Assembly (NCBI GenBank): GCA_964386625.1
Contig: CAYLTF010000001.1
Coordinates: 1 to 61,058 of the forward strand
Length of the DNA: 61,058 nucleotides
DNA from: an uncultured Akkermansia sp.
GTDB taxonomy: Bacteria; Verrucomicrobiota; Verrucomicrobiia; Limisphaerales; UBA9464
Reading direction: 5' to 3'
Shown here: positions 20,360-29,511 of the stretch, one piece after another
Position numbering within the stretch: the stretch's first letter is position 1
Layout of the letters: each line of letters starts with the position of its first letter
Program-made: the position numbers and the translations under genes
Notes under the pieces: generated by a model
What the model was told of the DNA's origin: nothing
The model's input: the letters and a program-made list of their open reading frames with translations, nothing else
Database searches by the model: none

Positions 20360-23092
20360 ATGATTCCTCCATCCTTCCTCAGGGCATCACTGTCGGTCTG
20401 TCTGAGGGTCTGCCTGATCCTGGCAGCGGGACTTGGCCATGGGGCGGAGGCGCCGCCCCTCAATGTGGTGCTGATGGTGGCCGACGACCTGGGGGCCCAT
20501 GATCTGGCCCTGACCGGCAGCCGGTTCCACGAGACCCCGCATCTCGACCGGTTGGCCCGCGAAGGGGTCCGGTTCACGCGGGCCTACTCGGCCTGCACGG
20601 TCTGTTCGCCGACGCGGGCCGCGTTGATGACGGGCAAATACCCGGCCCGACTCAAGATCACCGACTGGATCGCCGGCCACGATGCCCCCAAGGCCAAGCT
20701 CCGTCCGCCGGCCGACTGGGTGAAGGCGCTGCCGTTGTCGGAACTGACCCTTGCCGAACGGGCCAAGGCCTCGGGACGGGCCACGGCCCACATCGGCAAA
20801 TGGCACCTGGGTGGGGAAGGGTTCGGTCCGCTCGAGCAAGGCTTCGAGGTCAACCTGGGCGGAGATCACCGCGGTCAGCCGCCCTCCTATTTTTCCCCCT
20901 ATGGGCTGCCCAGACTCGCGGACGGGCCGCGCGGCGAATACCTCACCGACCGCGAAGGGACCGAGGCGGCGGCCTTCATCCGGGGACATCGTGAGCGCCC
21001 CTTCTTCCTCCAGGTCGCCTTCCACTCGGTGCACACGCCGCTGCAGGCCAAGGCCGAGTTGGTGGACAAGTATCGCCGCAAGGCCGCCCGCATGGGTGGC
21101 ACCCAGACCAATGCGGTCTACGCCGCGATGCTGGAGAGCCTCGACGCCGCCGTGGGACAGGTGCTCAAGGCGCTCGACGAGGGCGGTCTCGCCGAGCGCA
21201 CCGTGGTGATCTTCACCTCCGACAATGGCGGGCTGGTCCTGGGGCAGAACCCACCGACCTCCAATGCTCCGCTGCGCTCCGGCAAGGGGTCCCCCCACGA
21301 AGGCGGGATCCGTGTGCCGCTGCTGGTCCGATGGCCGGGGGTCGCGGTGCCCGAGGCTCGCGTGGAGGAGCCGGTGATCTCCATGGACGTGGCCGCCACG
21401 GTGGCGGCGGCGATGGCCGGTCAGGCGACGCCCTCGCTGGAAGACGGGTTGAACCTCTTGCCGCTGCTGAAGGATCCGGGTGCGCGCCTCCCCCGCGAGG
21501 TCCTCGGCTGGCACTACCCTCATTACCATCCCGGTGGGGCCACCCCGTATTCCGCCATCCGCTCGGGCGACTGGAAGCTCATCCAATACTACGAGGACGG
21601 TCGGCACGAACTGTACGACTTGGCGCAGGATCCCGGTGAGACCCGCGACCTGGCCGCATCGCAGCCGGAGCGCGTGATGGCCCTGGCCCGCCGCTTGGCC
21701 GACTGGCAGGGCAAAGTCGGGGCGCAGTGGCCGATGGCCAACCCGGAATACCAGGCCAAGCCCCTGGCTCCCCTGGCCGACGGCACGGTGCTGCTGCACT
21801 CTCGCTCCGCCTCGGTGCACGGAACGGTCCTGCGGTATGAGCCCATGCCCTTCAAGGATACCCTCGGTTGGTGGGCCCGCGGCGAAGATTGGGCCGACTG
21901 GAGCTTCGAGATCCCTCGGGGCGGATCCTTCGAGATCGAATTGACGCAGGGGTGCGGCCGAGGTTCGGCGGGGAGTCGTGTGGAATTGCGCGTCGGCGAT
22001 CAGGTGATTCCCTGGACCGTCGAGGAGACCGGTCATTTTCAGAACTTCGTGGTCCGTCACCTGGGGCGCATCACGCTCCCGGCGGGGCGTCATGCGATGG
22101 CGGTCCGGCCCGTCCAGAAAGTCGGCGGCGCGGTCATGGACCTGCGCCAGATCCGCCTTGTGCCGGCGCGCGGCGAGGCCTTGCCGACCGAGGCCTCGCG
22201 CATGGTGCGCTCGGCCTCCCGTATCGTGGTGCTTGGCGACAGCATCACTTATGGCGGCGATTGGGTGGAGTTCCTCGAGGCCGGGCTTCGGCGGATCCAG
22301 CCAGATCACCGGCCCGAGATCCTCAACCTGGGGCTGCCCAGCGAGACGGCCTCGGGCCTGTCCGAGGAGGGGCATGCGGGCGGGGCTTTTCCGCGTCCCG
22401 ATGTGCATGAGCGGTTGGGTCGAGTCCTGAGCCGCCTGAAGCCCGACCTGATCCTGGCATGCTACGGGATGAACGACGGGATCTATTTCCCGCTCGAGGA
22501 ATCCCGCTTCTCCAAATTCCGCGACGGAATCCGACGCCTGCATGAGGCTGCCGCCCACGAGGGGGTCCGGGTGATCCATCTCACGCCGCCCCCGTTCGAT
22601 CCCCAGCCGTTGAAGGGCAGGACTCTCCCGGCAGGTCTCCGGGCTTATCCCCAGCCTTACGAGGGGTACGATTCGGTTCTCACGGCCTATTCGCAGTGGT
22701 TGGTGGAGCAGCGTGCCCAGGGGTGGCAGGTGGTGGATCTTCATGGGCCGATGCGTCGCTTCTTGGAGGATGCGCGTACCCGAAATCCGGCCTTCTCCCT
22801 GTCCGGAGATGGGGTCCATGCCAATCGACAGGGCCATTGGCTCATGGCCCGGGAAGTCCTGCGCGCCCTCGGAGCCTCCGGAGCCTGGTCCGAATCCCCG
22901 GATCCGGACCTCTGCATCGGCTCGGCGTCGGCCCAACGCGATCCGTGGCCTCTGATCCAGCGTCGTCAGCGTCTTCTCAAGGATGCGGCACTCGGATTCG
23001 TGGGGCACCGCAGACCGGGGATGGCCGCCGGAAAACCTTGGGAACAAGCGGTGTCGGAAGCCCGTGAAATCACCGCTCAAATGGACCGTTGA
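20360..23092 (+). CDS. Secreted tri-modular enzyme: arylsulfatase-family sulfatase, then a beta-sandwich (CBM-like) module, then an SGNH/GDSL hydrolase
   Basis: Signal peptide. The sulfatase signature CTVCSPTRAALMTGKYP carries the formylglycine CxPxR motif, with LMVADDLG and SDNGG. The middle module spans roughly 21720-22200 (WSFEIPRGGSFEIELTQG...MDLRQIRLVP). The C-terminal module starts with RIVVLGDSITYGG (SGNH block I) and later has GDGVHAN (block V). Confidence 0.85.
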   Translation: MIPPSFLRASLSVCLRVCLILAAGLGHGAEAPPLNVVLMVADDLGAHDLALTGSRFHETPHLDRLAREGVRFTRAYSACTVCSPTRAALMTGKYPARLKITDWIAGHDAPKAKLRPPADWVKALPLSELTLAERAKASGRATAHIGKWHLGGEGFGPLEQGFEVNLGGDHRGQPPSYFSPYGLPRLADGPRGEYLTDREGTEAAAFIRGHRERPFFLQVAFHSVHTPLQAKAELVDKYRRKAARMGGTQTNAVYAAMLESLDAAVGQVLKALDEGGLAERTVVIFTSDNGGLVLGQNPPTSNAPLRSGKGSPHEGGIRVPLLVRWPGVAVPEARVEEPVISMDVAATVAAAMAGQATPSLEDGLNLLPLLKDPGARLPREVLGWHYPHYHPGGATPYSAIRSGDWKLIQYYEDGRHELYDLAQDPGETRDLAASQPERVMALARRLADWQGKVGAQWPMANPEYQAKPLAPLADGTVLLHSRSASVHGTVLRYEPMPFKDTLGWWARGEDWADWSFEIPRGGSFEIELTQGCGRGSAGSRVELRVGDQVIPWTVEETGHFQNFVVRHLGRITLPAGRHAMAVRPVQKVGGAVMDLRQIRLVPARGEALPTEASRMVRSASRIVVLGDSITYGGDWVEFLEAGLRRIQPDHRPEILNLGLPSETASGLSEEGHAGGAFPRPDVHERLGRVLSRLKPDLILACYGMNDGIYFPLEESRFSKFRDGIRRLHEAAAHEGVRVIHLTPPPFDPQPLKGRTLPAGLRAYPQPYEGYDSVLTAYSQWLVEQRAQGWQVVDLHGPMRRFLEDARTRNPAFSLSGDGVHANRQGHWLMAREVLRALGASGAWSESPDPDLCIGSASAQRDPWPLIQRRQRLLKDAALGFVGHRRPGMAAGKPWEQAVSEAREITAQMDR

Positions 23093-23145
23093 GCCCCGCA
23101 TTCGGGAACCCCGAGATCGGCTCCAAAATATTTTGAAGGCCCCGC

Positions 23146-23174
23146 TTGACCTAATGGATGACTTTGAGCATAAC
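23146..23174 (+). promoter_or_regulatory. Candidate sigma70-type promoter for the PEP-CTERM gene
   Basis: TTGACC, 17-nt spacer, CATAAC, in a locally AT-richer stretch about 64 nt upstream of ATG 23238. Confidence 0.35.
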
Positions 23175-23237
23175 AGTTTCAAAAGGACGGGTCACAAAGA
23201 GGGCTCTCCTCCGTCACAACATAACCATTATCTGACT

Positions 23238-23945
23238 ATGATTCAGCGTTCGATCCTTGCTGCAGCCGCAGCTCTCGCCCTCGCAGCGTCGTCGGCGTTC
23301 GCCGGTACCATCTATTCCACCTCCGGAACCGGAAACGAGTTCTACGGTGTGGGAACGAGCATCTCCAACGGCCACCGTGGTTACGAGTACGGTGACCAGA
23401 TCACCCTGCCGTCCGAGGGCTACACGTTGTCGACGTTGTCCTTCGACTACTACTCCGCCTCGCTCGGTGGTTCCATGAACCTGAACATCTACGCCAACGA
23501 TGGTGCGTTGATCAACGGGGCCACGTTGCCGGGAACCAAGCTCCTCTCGATCCCGAACATCGGCATTTCTTCCGGTGTCAACACGGCCACCTTCGACTAC
23601 GCTCCGTACGTCGCCCAGTTCGGTGATCTCAAGCTCCCCAAGAACTTCACGGTCACCGTGAGCTTCTCGGGTGCCACGTCCGCGGCTGACAAGGGCCTGA
23701 TCATCGGTGGAGCGTCCTCCACCTCCGGTCAGCCCCACTTGAATGTCGGCACCTCGAGCGACGATTTCTGGCAGAAGACCGGTCCGGGCGCCAGCGATTG
23801 GGCTTTGCGCAAGCTCGACAACGCTCAGGCCGACAACTTCAAGATCACCGTGACGGCCAACGTCCCTGAGCCCACCACGGTGGCGCTCGGTGTGGTCGGT
23901 GCCGCGTTCTTGGGCGCCGCCGCCCTCCGCCGCAACCGCCGCTGA
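23238..23945 (+). CDS. PEP-CTERM sorting-domain secreted protein
   Basis: Signal peptide MIQRSILAAAAALALAASSAFA. The C-terminal VPEPTTVALGVVGAAFLGAAALRRNRR is the PEP motif plus TM helix plus basic tail. Start at internal ATG 23238. Confidence 0.85.
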   Translation: MIQRSILAAAAALALAASSAFAGTIYSTSGTGNEFYGVGTSISNGHRGYEYGDQITLPSEGYTLSTLSFDYYSASLGGSMNLNIYANDGALINGATLPGTKLLSIPNIGISSGVNTATFDYAPYVAQFGDLKLPKNFTVTVSFSGATSAADKGLIIGGASSTSGQPHLNVGTSSDDFWQKTGPGASDWALRKLDNAQADNFKITVTANVPEPTTVALGVVGAAFLGAAALRRNRR

Positions 23946-23971
23946 TCGGTTCCTCTTAGGTCTTTCGTTTC

Positions 23972-24009
23972 AGGCGCGATGGGTGATCCCATCGCGCCTT
24001 TTTGTTTTT
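23972..24009 (+). terminator. Rho-independent terminator after the PEP-CTERM gene
   Basis: Perfect 12-bp stem aggcgcgatggg/cccatcgcgcct, 4-nt loop, then TTTTTGTTTTT. Confidence 0.8.
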
Positions 24010-24220
24010 GGCGGTCGAGTCCAACCGAAGGACGGCCCGACTCTGTTCATTTCGCGGCGTCCGGTCGACTGCCATGGCCCCGGGGCTGGGATCCGGTCAC
24101 CACGGCCTCCGATGCTGTTCGGCCGAGGTCGGGGTTCACTCCCTTTCGGCGACAGGGTGCACCTCCGCCGGAACGGCGGAATCATTGGACAACCCGGTGG
24201 GTGTCACCTTTGATTCCTCC

Positions 24221-26350
24221 ATGCGCTGGATCGGATGGTTGCTCTCGCTCTGCTGGATGGCTGGGCAATGGGAAATTCGAGCGGAATCCGCCACCCGGGT
24301 CGAACTATGGACCGAGCAATCGATCGCTCGTCCGGGCTCGACCGTGATGGCGGCCATCCGCCTGCAAATGGCGGACGGGTGGCATGTCTATTGGCGCAAT
24401 CCAGGGGATGAGGTGGGCCGCGCAACCCAGGTCCAGTGGACCTTGCCGCCGGGCCTTTCCGCCGGAGCGATCCAATGGCCCCTTCCCGCCAAGACTTCCG
24501 AGAAAGAGTTCGAGACCCTGACCTACTCCGGGACGGTGCTCTTGCTCGTCCCGATCGAGATCCCCGTTGGTCAAAGTCCCGGGAATCTCACCCTTCAGGC
24601 CAAGGTCCGATGGCTGGAATGCCATGAGGAATGCGTGCCGGGTTCCGCCACGGTCGAGACCACTCTCCGGATCGATTCCGTCGTGGAGCCCTCGGCCCAC
24701 GCGGCCGAGATCCAAGCCGCCCGGGGGCGGGTGCCCCGCAAGGTCGCCGACCTCCCGATCCGGGCCGCTTGGGAGACTGCTGGGGAGGGCGATCCCCGGA
24801 AGTTGGTCCTCTCCTGGAAGCCGGCGGCCGGGATCTCTGGTTTCGATGTGTACCCCTTCGAGTCGGGGATGGGTGCGACGAAGGTATCCGTCAAGACCGA
24901 GGGGATGTCCCCGGAGGACGGCTTCCTGCGCATCCGCAAGAGCGTTCCGGCCGGGGAATCGGGCTGGCCCGAGCGCCTCGCGGGGCTCCTGGTTCCGGTG
25001 GGGCAGGGCGCAGCGGCTGAGCCGGTGGAATTCAGCATTCCCATCGAGTCGGCCCCGGCCGGGGGGACGAAGGCGGTCCAGGTGGCGGCCGAGCCGGTTT
25101 CCTTGGCCGAGTTGCTCATCAAGCTCCTCTCGGCCTTCGTGGGTGGTCTGATCCTGAATGTGATGCCCTGCGTGCTGCCGGTGCTGGCGTTGAAAGTGCT
25201 GGGATTCGTCCAGCAGGCCAAAGAGGAGCCCGGGCGGGTGCGCACCCTGGGCCTGGTCTACGGTGCCGGTGTGTTGGCGTCGTTCCTGGTGCTGGCCGGC
25301 GTGGCGTTGGCGGTCCAGGCGGCCGGTGGCACGGCCAGTTGGAGCGCCCCGTTCCAGAATCCGATCTTCCGGGTCCTCATCACCGTGCTGATCACCCTGG
25401 TCGCCCTGAATCTCTTCGGGGTGTTCGAGTTGACCCTCGGAGGTTCGGCCATGCAGAAGGCTTCCGACCTGTCTTCAAAGGAGGGCTGGAGCGGCGCGTT
25501 CTTCAACGGCGTCTTGGCGGCCGTGCTGGCGACCCCGTGCACCGCACCGTTCCTCGCCTCGGCTCTGGCCTTCGCCTTCCTGCAGCCGCCGCTGGTCATC
25601 GTGTTGTTCTTCATCGCCATCGGCGCGGGCTTGGCCATGCCCTTCGTGGCTCTGTGCTGGCAGCCTGCCTGGCTGCGATTCCTGCCGCGCCCCGGCGTCT
25701 GGATGGTCCGCTTCAAGGTGGCCATGGGCTTCCCCATGCTGGCCACGGCCATGTGGCTGTTCTGGTTCACCGCGGGGCGCTTGGGCGAGGGTGGCAGCGG
25801 GGTGCTTTGGTTTGGGTTGTTCCTGGTGGTGCTGGCCGCGGCGGCGTGGGTCTGGGGCGAGTTCGTGCAGCGTTCGACCCGAGGTCGGGGCTGGGCACGC
25901 TTCGCCACGGTGGCGCTGATCGTCGCCGGGTACTTCGGCCTGCTGGAGCGGCAGTTGGATTGGCGCACGCCTGCGACCGCCAAGAAAGCCAAGGGACTGG
26001 ATTGGCAGAGGTGGAGTCCGGCGGCCGTCGATCAGGCTCGCCGTGAGGGACACCCGGTGCTGGTCGATTTCACGGCCGACAGCTGCCTCAACTGCAAGTG
26101 GAACAAGGCGACGGCCATCGAGATCGACTCGACCCGGGAGCGGATCAAGGCGTTGGGAGTCCGGGTTTTCGAGGGGGATTTCACCGATGGAGACCCGGTC
26201 ATCGCCGAGGAACTGAAGAAGCACGGTCGCAGGGGAGTGCCGCTGGTCCTGATCTATTCTCCGGAACCATCCCGGGATCCGGAGGTCCTGCCCGTGGTGT
26301 TGACGCCGAGCCTGGTGGATGAGGCCCTGCGCCGTGCCGCCGGGAAATGA
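24221..26350 (+). CDS. DsbD-family thiol:disulfide interchange protein (N-terminal DsbD-alpha-like domain, CcdA-type TM core, C-terminal thioredoxin-like domain)
   Basis: The N-terminal domain reads WHVYWRNPGD...WPLP. The TM core has NVMPCVLPVLALK and ATPCTAPFL, the two conserved Cys-Pro helices. The C-terminal domain reads VLVDFTADSCLNCKWNK, which contains a CxxC. Start at ATG 24221. Confidence 0.85.
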   Translation: MRWIGWLLSLCWMAGQWEIRAESATRVELWTEQSIARPGSTVMAAIRLQMADGWHVYWRNPGDEVGRATQVQWTLPPGLSAGAIQWPLPAKTSEKEFETLTYSGTVLLLVPIEIPVGQSPGNLTLQAKVRWLECHEECVPGSATVETTLRIDSVVEPSAHAAEIQAARGRVPRKVADLPIRAAWETAGEGDPRKLVLSWKPAAGISGFDVYPFESGMGATKVSVKTEGMSPEDGFLRIRKSVPAGESGWPERLAGLLVPVGQGAAAEPVEFSIPIESAPAGGTKAVQVAAEPVSLAELLIKLLSAFVGGLILNVMPCVLPVLALKVLGFVQQAKEEPGRVRTLGLVYGAGVLASFLVLAGVALAVQAAGGTASWSAPFQNPIFRVLITVLITLVALNLFGVFELTLGGSAMQKASDLSSKEGWSGAFFNGVLAAVLATPCTAPFLASALAFAFLQPPLVIVLFFIAIGAGLAMPFVALCWQPAWLRFLPRPGVWMVRFKVAMGFPMLATAMWLFWFTAGRLGEGGSGVLWFGLFLVVLAAAAWVWGEFVQRSTRGRGWARFATVALIVAGYFGLLERQLDWRTPATAKKAKGLDWQRWSPAAVDQARREGHPVLVDFTADSCLNCKWNKATAIEIDSTRERIKALGVRVFEGDFTDGDPVIAEELKKHGRRGVPLVLIYSPEPSRDPEVLPVVLTPSLVDEALRRAAGK

Positions 26351-26436
26351 TCCGCCGGCCGGCGCACTCCGGTCCGTTCTCCGGGCCTTGAATTGCGGGC
26401 TGGGTTTGTCGCTGGGGCCAGTCCAAGATCGGGCTC

Positions 26437-29400
26437 GTGAATTCTCCGGCTTGGGATTCCCTGCGATGGGCCTCGACGGCATTGGCCGTGGTCGGGGTTT
26501 GCCTGGGGGCCGAACCGACTTCGGCTCCCAAGACCCGGGTCAGTTATTCCGAGGCCTACGGCAAGACCGACAAGGCGACTCGCGTGGATCCTGGCGAGTT
26601 GCAGCGATTTCCTCCGGTGCCTGCCGATCGTGCTCTGGAGACGTTCCGGATCCGGAAGGGGTTCCACCTGGAACTGGCGGCGAGCGAGCCCCTGGTGGCC
26701 AGCCCGGTGACCATGGCCTTCGACGAGGACGGCCGTGCCTTTGTCGCCGAGATGATCGACTACTCCGAGCGGCGTGATGAGACGCCGCATGCCGGACGGA
26801 TCCGGATGCTGGAGGACGTGGACGGCGACGGGCGCTTCGATCGGTCGACCGTCTTCGCCGACGACCTCCCATGGCCGACGGCCCTGATCTGCTCCAAGGG
26901 CGGTCTCTATGTCGGTGCCTCTCCCGACCTCCTGTGGTTGAAGGACACCACCGGCGACGGCAAGGCCGACGAGCGGCGTGTCGTGGTGAGCGGTTTCGGC
27001 AGCGGAGTGGCCCGGCTCAATGTCCAGGCGCTCCTGAACTCATTCAACTGGGGGCTCGACCATCGCCTGTATGGCGCGACCGGTCCCAACGGGGGGCAGC
27101 GCGTGGCGAAGCCGGGGGCGGACGGTCCGGGACTCGATCTGCGCGGGTTGGATTTCAGCCTCGACCCGTTGACGGAGACGATCCGTCCGGAGACCGGTGG
27201 CGGGCAGTACGGGTTGAGCTTCGACTCGGCGGGCAACCGTTTCGTGTGCAGCAACAGCGACCACCTCCAGTGGATGGCCTACGATCGGGTCCATGCCACG
27301 CGCAATCCTTGGGTCTCGTTGCCATCCCCGCGCGTCAGCATCGCCGCCGACGGACCCGCGGCCGAGGTGTTCAGGATCAGCCCCGACGAGCCGTGGCGGA
27401 TCGTCCGGACGCGTTGGCGCATCAGCGGTGTCGTGCCGGGCATGGTCGAGGGAGGCGGACGGGTGTCGGGCTATTTCACCGGGGCGACCGGGGCGACCGT
27501 GTACCGCGGCGACGCTCTCGGGCCGGAATTCGCCGACAACGTCTTCGTGGGCGACGCCGGCGGCAACCTCGTGCACCGCAAGGTGTTGCACGCCGACGGT
27601 GCCGGGTGGGTGGCACGGCGTCCGGCCGACGAGCGGGACGTGGAGTTCCTCGCCTCGCGCGACACCTGGTTCCGGCCGGTGCATTTCCAGAACGGCCCCG
27701 ACGGTTGCCTCTACATCGTCGACATGTACCGCGAGGTGATTGAACACCCGTGGTCCATCCCCGAGGCCATCAAGCAGCACCTCGACCTCAATAGCGGCCA
27801 GGACCGCGGACGCCTCTGGCGGGTGGTTCCCGAGAACTTCCGACGCCCACCGGCGCGTCGATGGAGCCGGGCCTCGACCTCGGATCTGGTTGCCGCCCTG
27901 GAGAGCCCCAATGGCTGGGTGCGTGAGACCGCAGCCCGCCTGATCCATGAGCGCCAAGACCGGTCCGCGGTGCCCGGGCTGGCGAGGCTGCTCCAACGCT
28001 CGACCGTGCCGTTGGCCCGACTCCACGCCTTGTACTCGCTCGACGGGTTGGGCGCCCTCGACACGGTCGACCTTCTGCAGGCCGCGCTGGCCGATCCGGA
28101 TGAGCGCGTCCGCGGACAGGCCGTGGCCCTGGCGGAGCTTCGCGTGGGTGGCTCCGATCGTGACGCGCTCGGCCTTCGGGAAACCCTCCTGGCCCGGGTG
28201 ACCGATCCATCGTCGCGGGTGCGCTACCGGTTGGCCTTCGCCCTGGGCGCCTGGAATGGTCCAGGACGAAACGAGGCCCTGGCCCGTCTTTTGGCCCGGG
28301 ACGGGCAACAGCCGTGGTTCCAGGCGGCCGTCCTGAGCAGCCTGGCCAACGGAGCCGGCGAGGTGTTGCAAGCCGTGGTCGCCGATCCGGGATTCCTGCG
28401 GCAATCGCGGGCCGGCGATTGCCTGGAATCGATCGCCACCCTCATGGGGGCCCAGGCCGACCTTGCCGAGGTGGACCGGTTCGTCGACCAGGTGGTCCGA
28501 GTCGAGGCGTCGTCGACACACGCGCCGCGGATGGTGCGGGCGTTCCTGGAGGCCGCCGCGCGGTCGAGCGAGCCGGGGGCTTTCCGCCGCGCGGAGGATC
28601 GCTTGAAGGGGGTGTTCCGCGCCGCGCTCGATCGAGCGGCCTCGGACCGCGGGAACGAAGCGGACCGCGTCCGCGCCGTGGAACTGCTGGCGCATGGGCG
28701 TCCGGCCGAGGTGTCCGAGACCCTGGAGCGCCTGCTGGGGGCCGCATCGCCCCGGATTCGCACGGCGGCCATCCAGTCGCTGGGGCGCCTGACCGATCCC
28801 GGTGTGGCTGACCGCCTTCTCAAGCCTTGGAAAGGATATGGCCCCGAGGATCGCGTCGCCGTGGTCGCCCAGCTGGCCGGTCGTGTCGAGCGGGCCCAGG
28901 CGTTGTTGGCCGCGGTGGAGCGCGGTGAGGTGGGGGCCGCCGACATCCCGGCGGCCGCCGTCCGGAGCCTCCAGGCCCATGCCGTTCCGGCCATCGCCCA
29001 GGCCGCCCTGCGGTGTCTTCCGAAGGAGCCCTCCGCCGCCGACACCCTGGCGGCTCTTCAACCGGCCATCGACTTGGTCGGCTCCGCCGATCGGGGAATC
29101 CGCCTCTACCGGGAGCGGTGCGCCTCCTGCCACCGGGCCGGTGCCGAAGGCCATGCGGTGGGCCCGGACCTGGTGACCCTCCGCACGGCCGGCAAGGCCC
29201 GGTTGCTGACGAGCATCGCGCAGCCTCATCTCGAAGTGGCTCCCCAGTACATCGCCTTCGCGGTGGAGACGGCCGATGGCGAGACCCACTCGGCCCTGAT
29301 CGCCCGCGAGACACCCACTCAGGTGACCCTGCGCCTCGGTGGGGGGCAGGAACTCACCCTGGAGCGGCGTGCCGTGCGCTCGATGCGCAGTTCCGGACAG

Positions 29401-29511
29401 TCCCTCATGCCCGAGGGATTGCTCTCCGGATGGTCACCGGAGTCGGTGGCCGACTTGCTGGCGTTCGTGGCCCGAGCCCCGGCCCCGGCATCCTCCGATC
29501 CAAAGCCATGA
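26437..29511 (+). CDS. PVC-type putative membrane-bound dehydrogenase domain, HEAT repeats and a C-terminal c-type haem (CxxCH) domain
   Basis: The N-terminal region (FHLELAASEPLVASPVTMAFDEDGRAFVAEM...DGDGRFD...GDGKAD...WFRPV...GPDGCLYIVDMYREVIEHP) matches the Pirellula/Verrucomicrobium N-terminal dehydrogenase domain. HEAT-like repeats follow (NGWVRETAARLI, DERVRGQAV, SSRVRYRLA, SPRIRTAAI). The C-terminal domain has CASCHRAG and a later SLMPEG. Confidence 0.8.
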   Translation: MNSPAWDSLRWASTALAVVGVCLGAEPTSAPKTRVSYSEAYGKTDKATRVDPGELQRFPPVPADRALETFRIRKGFHLELAASEPLVASPVTMAFDEDGRAFVAEMIDYSERRDETPHAGRIRMLEDVDGDGRFDRSTVFADDLPWPTALICSKGGLYVGASPDLLWLKDTTGDGKADERRVVVSGFGSGVARLNVQALLNSFNWGLDHRLYGATGPNGGQRVAKPGADGPGLDLRGLDFSLDPLTETIRPETGGGQYGLSFDSAGNRFVCSNSDHLQWMAYDRVHATRNPWVSLPSPRVSIAADGPAAEVFRISPDEPWRIVRTRWRISGVVPGMVEGGGRVSGYFTGATGATVYRGDALGPEFADNVFVGDAGGNLVHRKVLHADGAGWVARRPADERDVEFLASRDTWFRPVHFQNGPDGCLYIVDMYREVIEHPWSIPEAIKQHLDLNSGQDRGRLWRVVPENFRRPPARRWSRASTSDLVAALESPNGWVRETAARLIHERQDRSAVPGLARLLQRSTVPLARLHALYSLDGLGALDTVDLLQAALADPDERVRGQAVALAELRVGGSDRDALGLRETLLARVTDPSSRVRYRLAFALGAWNGPGRNEALARLLARDGQQPWFQAAVLSSLANGAGEVLQAVVADPGFLRQSRAGDCLESIATLMGAQADLAEVDRFVDQVVRVEASSTHAPRMVRAFLEAAARSSEPGAFRRAEDRLKGVFRAALDRAASDRGNEADRVRAVELLAHGRPAEVSETLERLLGAASPRIRTAAIQSLGRLTDPGVADRLLKPWKGYGPEDRVAVVAQLAGRVERAQALLAAVERGEVGAADIPAAAVRSLQAHAVPAIAQAALRCLPKEPSAADTLAALQPAIDLVGSADRGIRLYRERCASCHRAGAEGHAVGPDLVTLRTAGKARLLTSIAQPHLEVAPQYIAFAVETADGETHSALIARETPTQVTLRLGGGQELTLERRAVRSMRSSGQSLMPEGLLSGWSPESVADLLAFVARAPAPASSDPKP

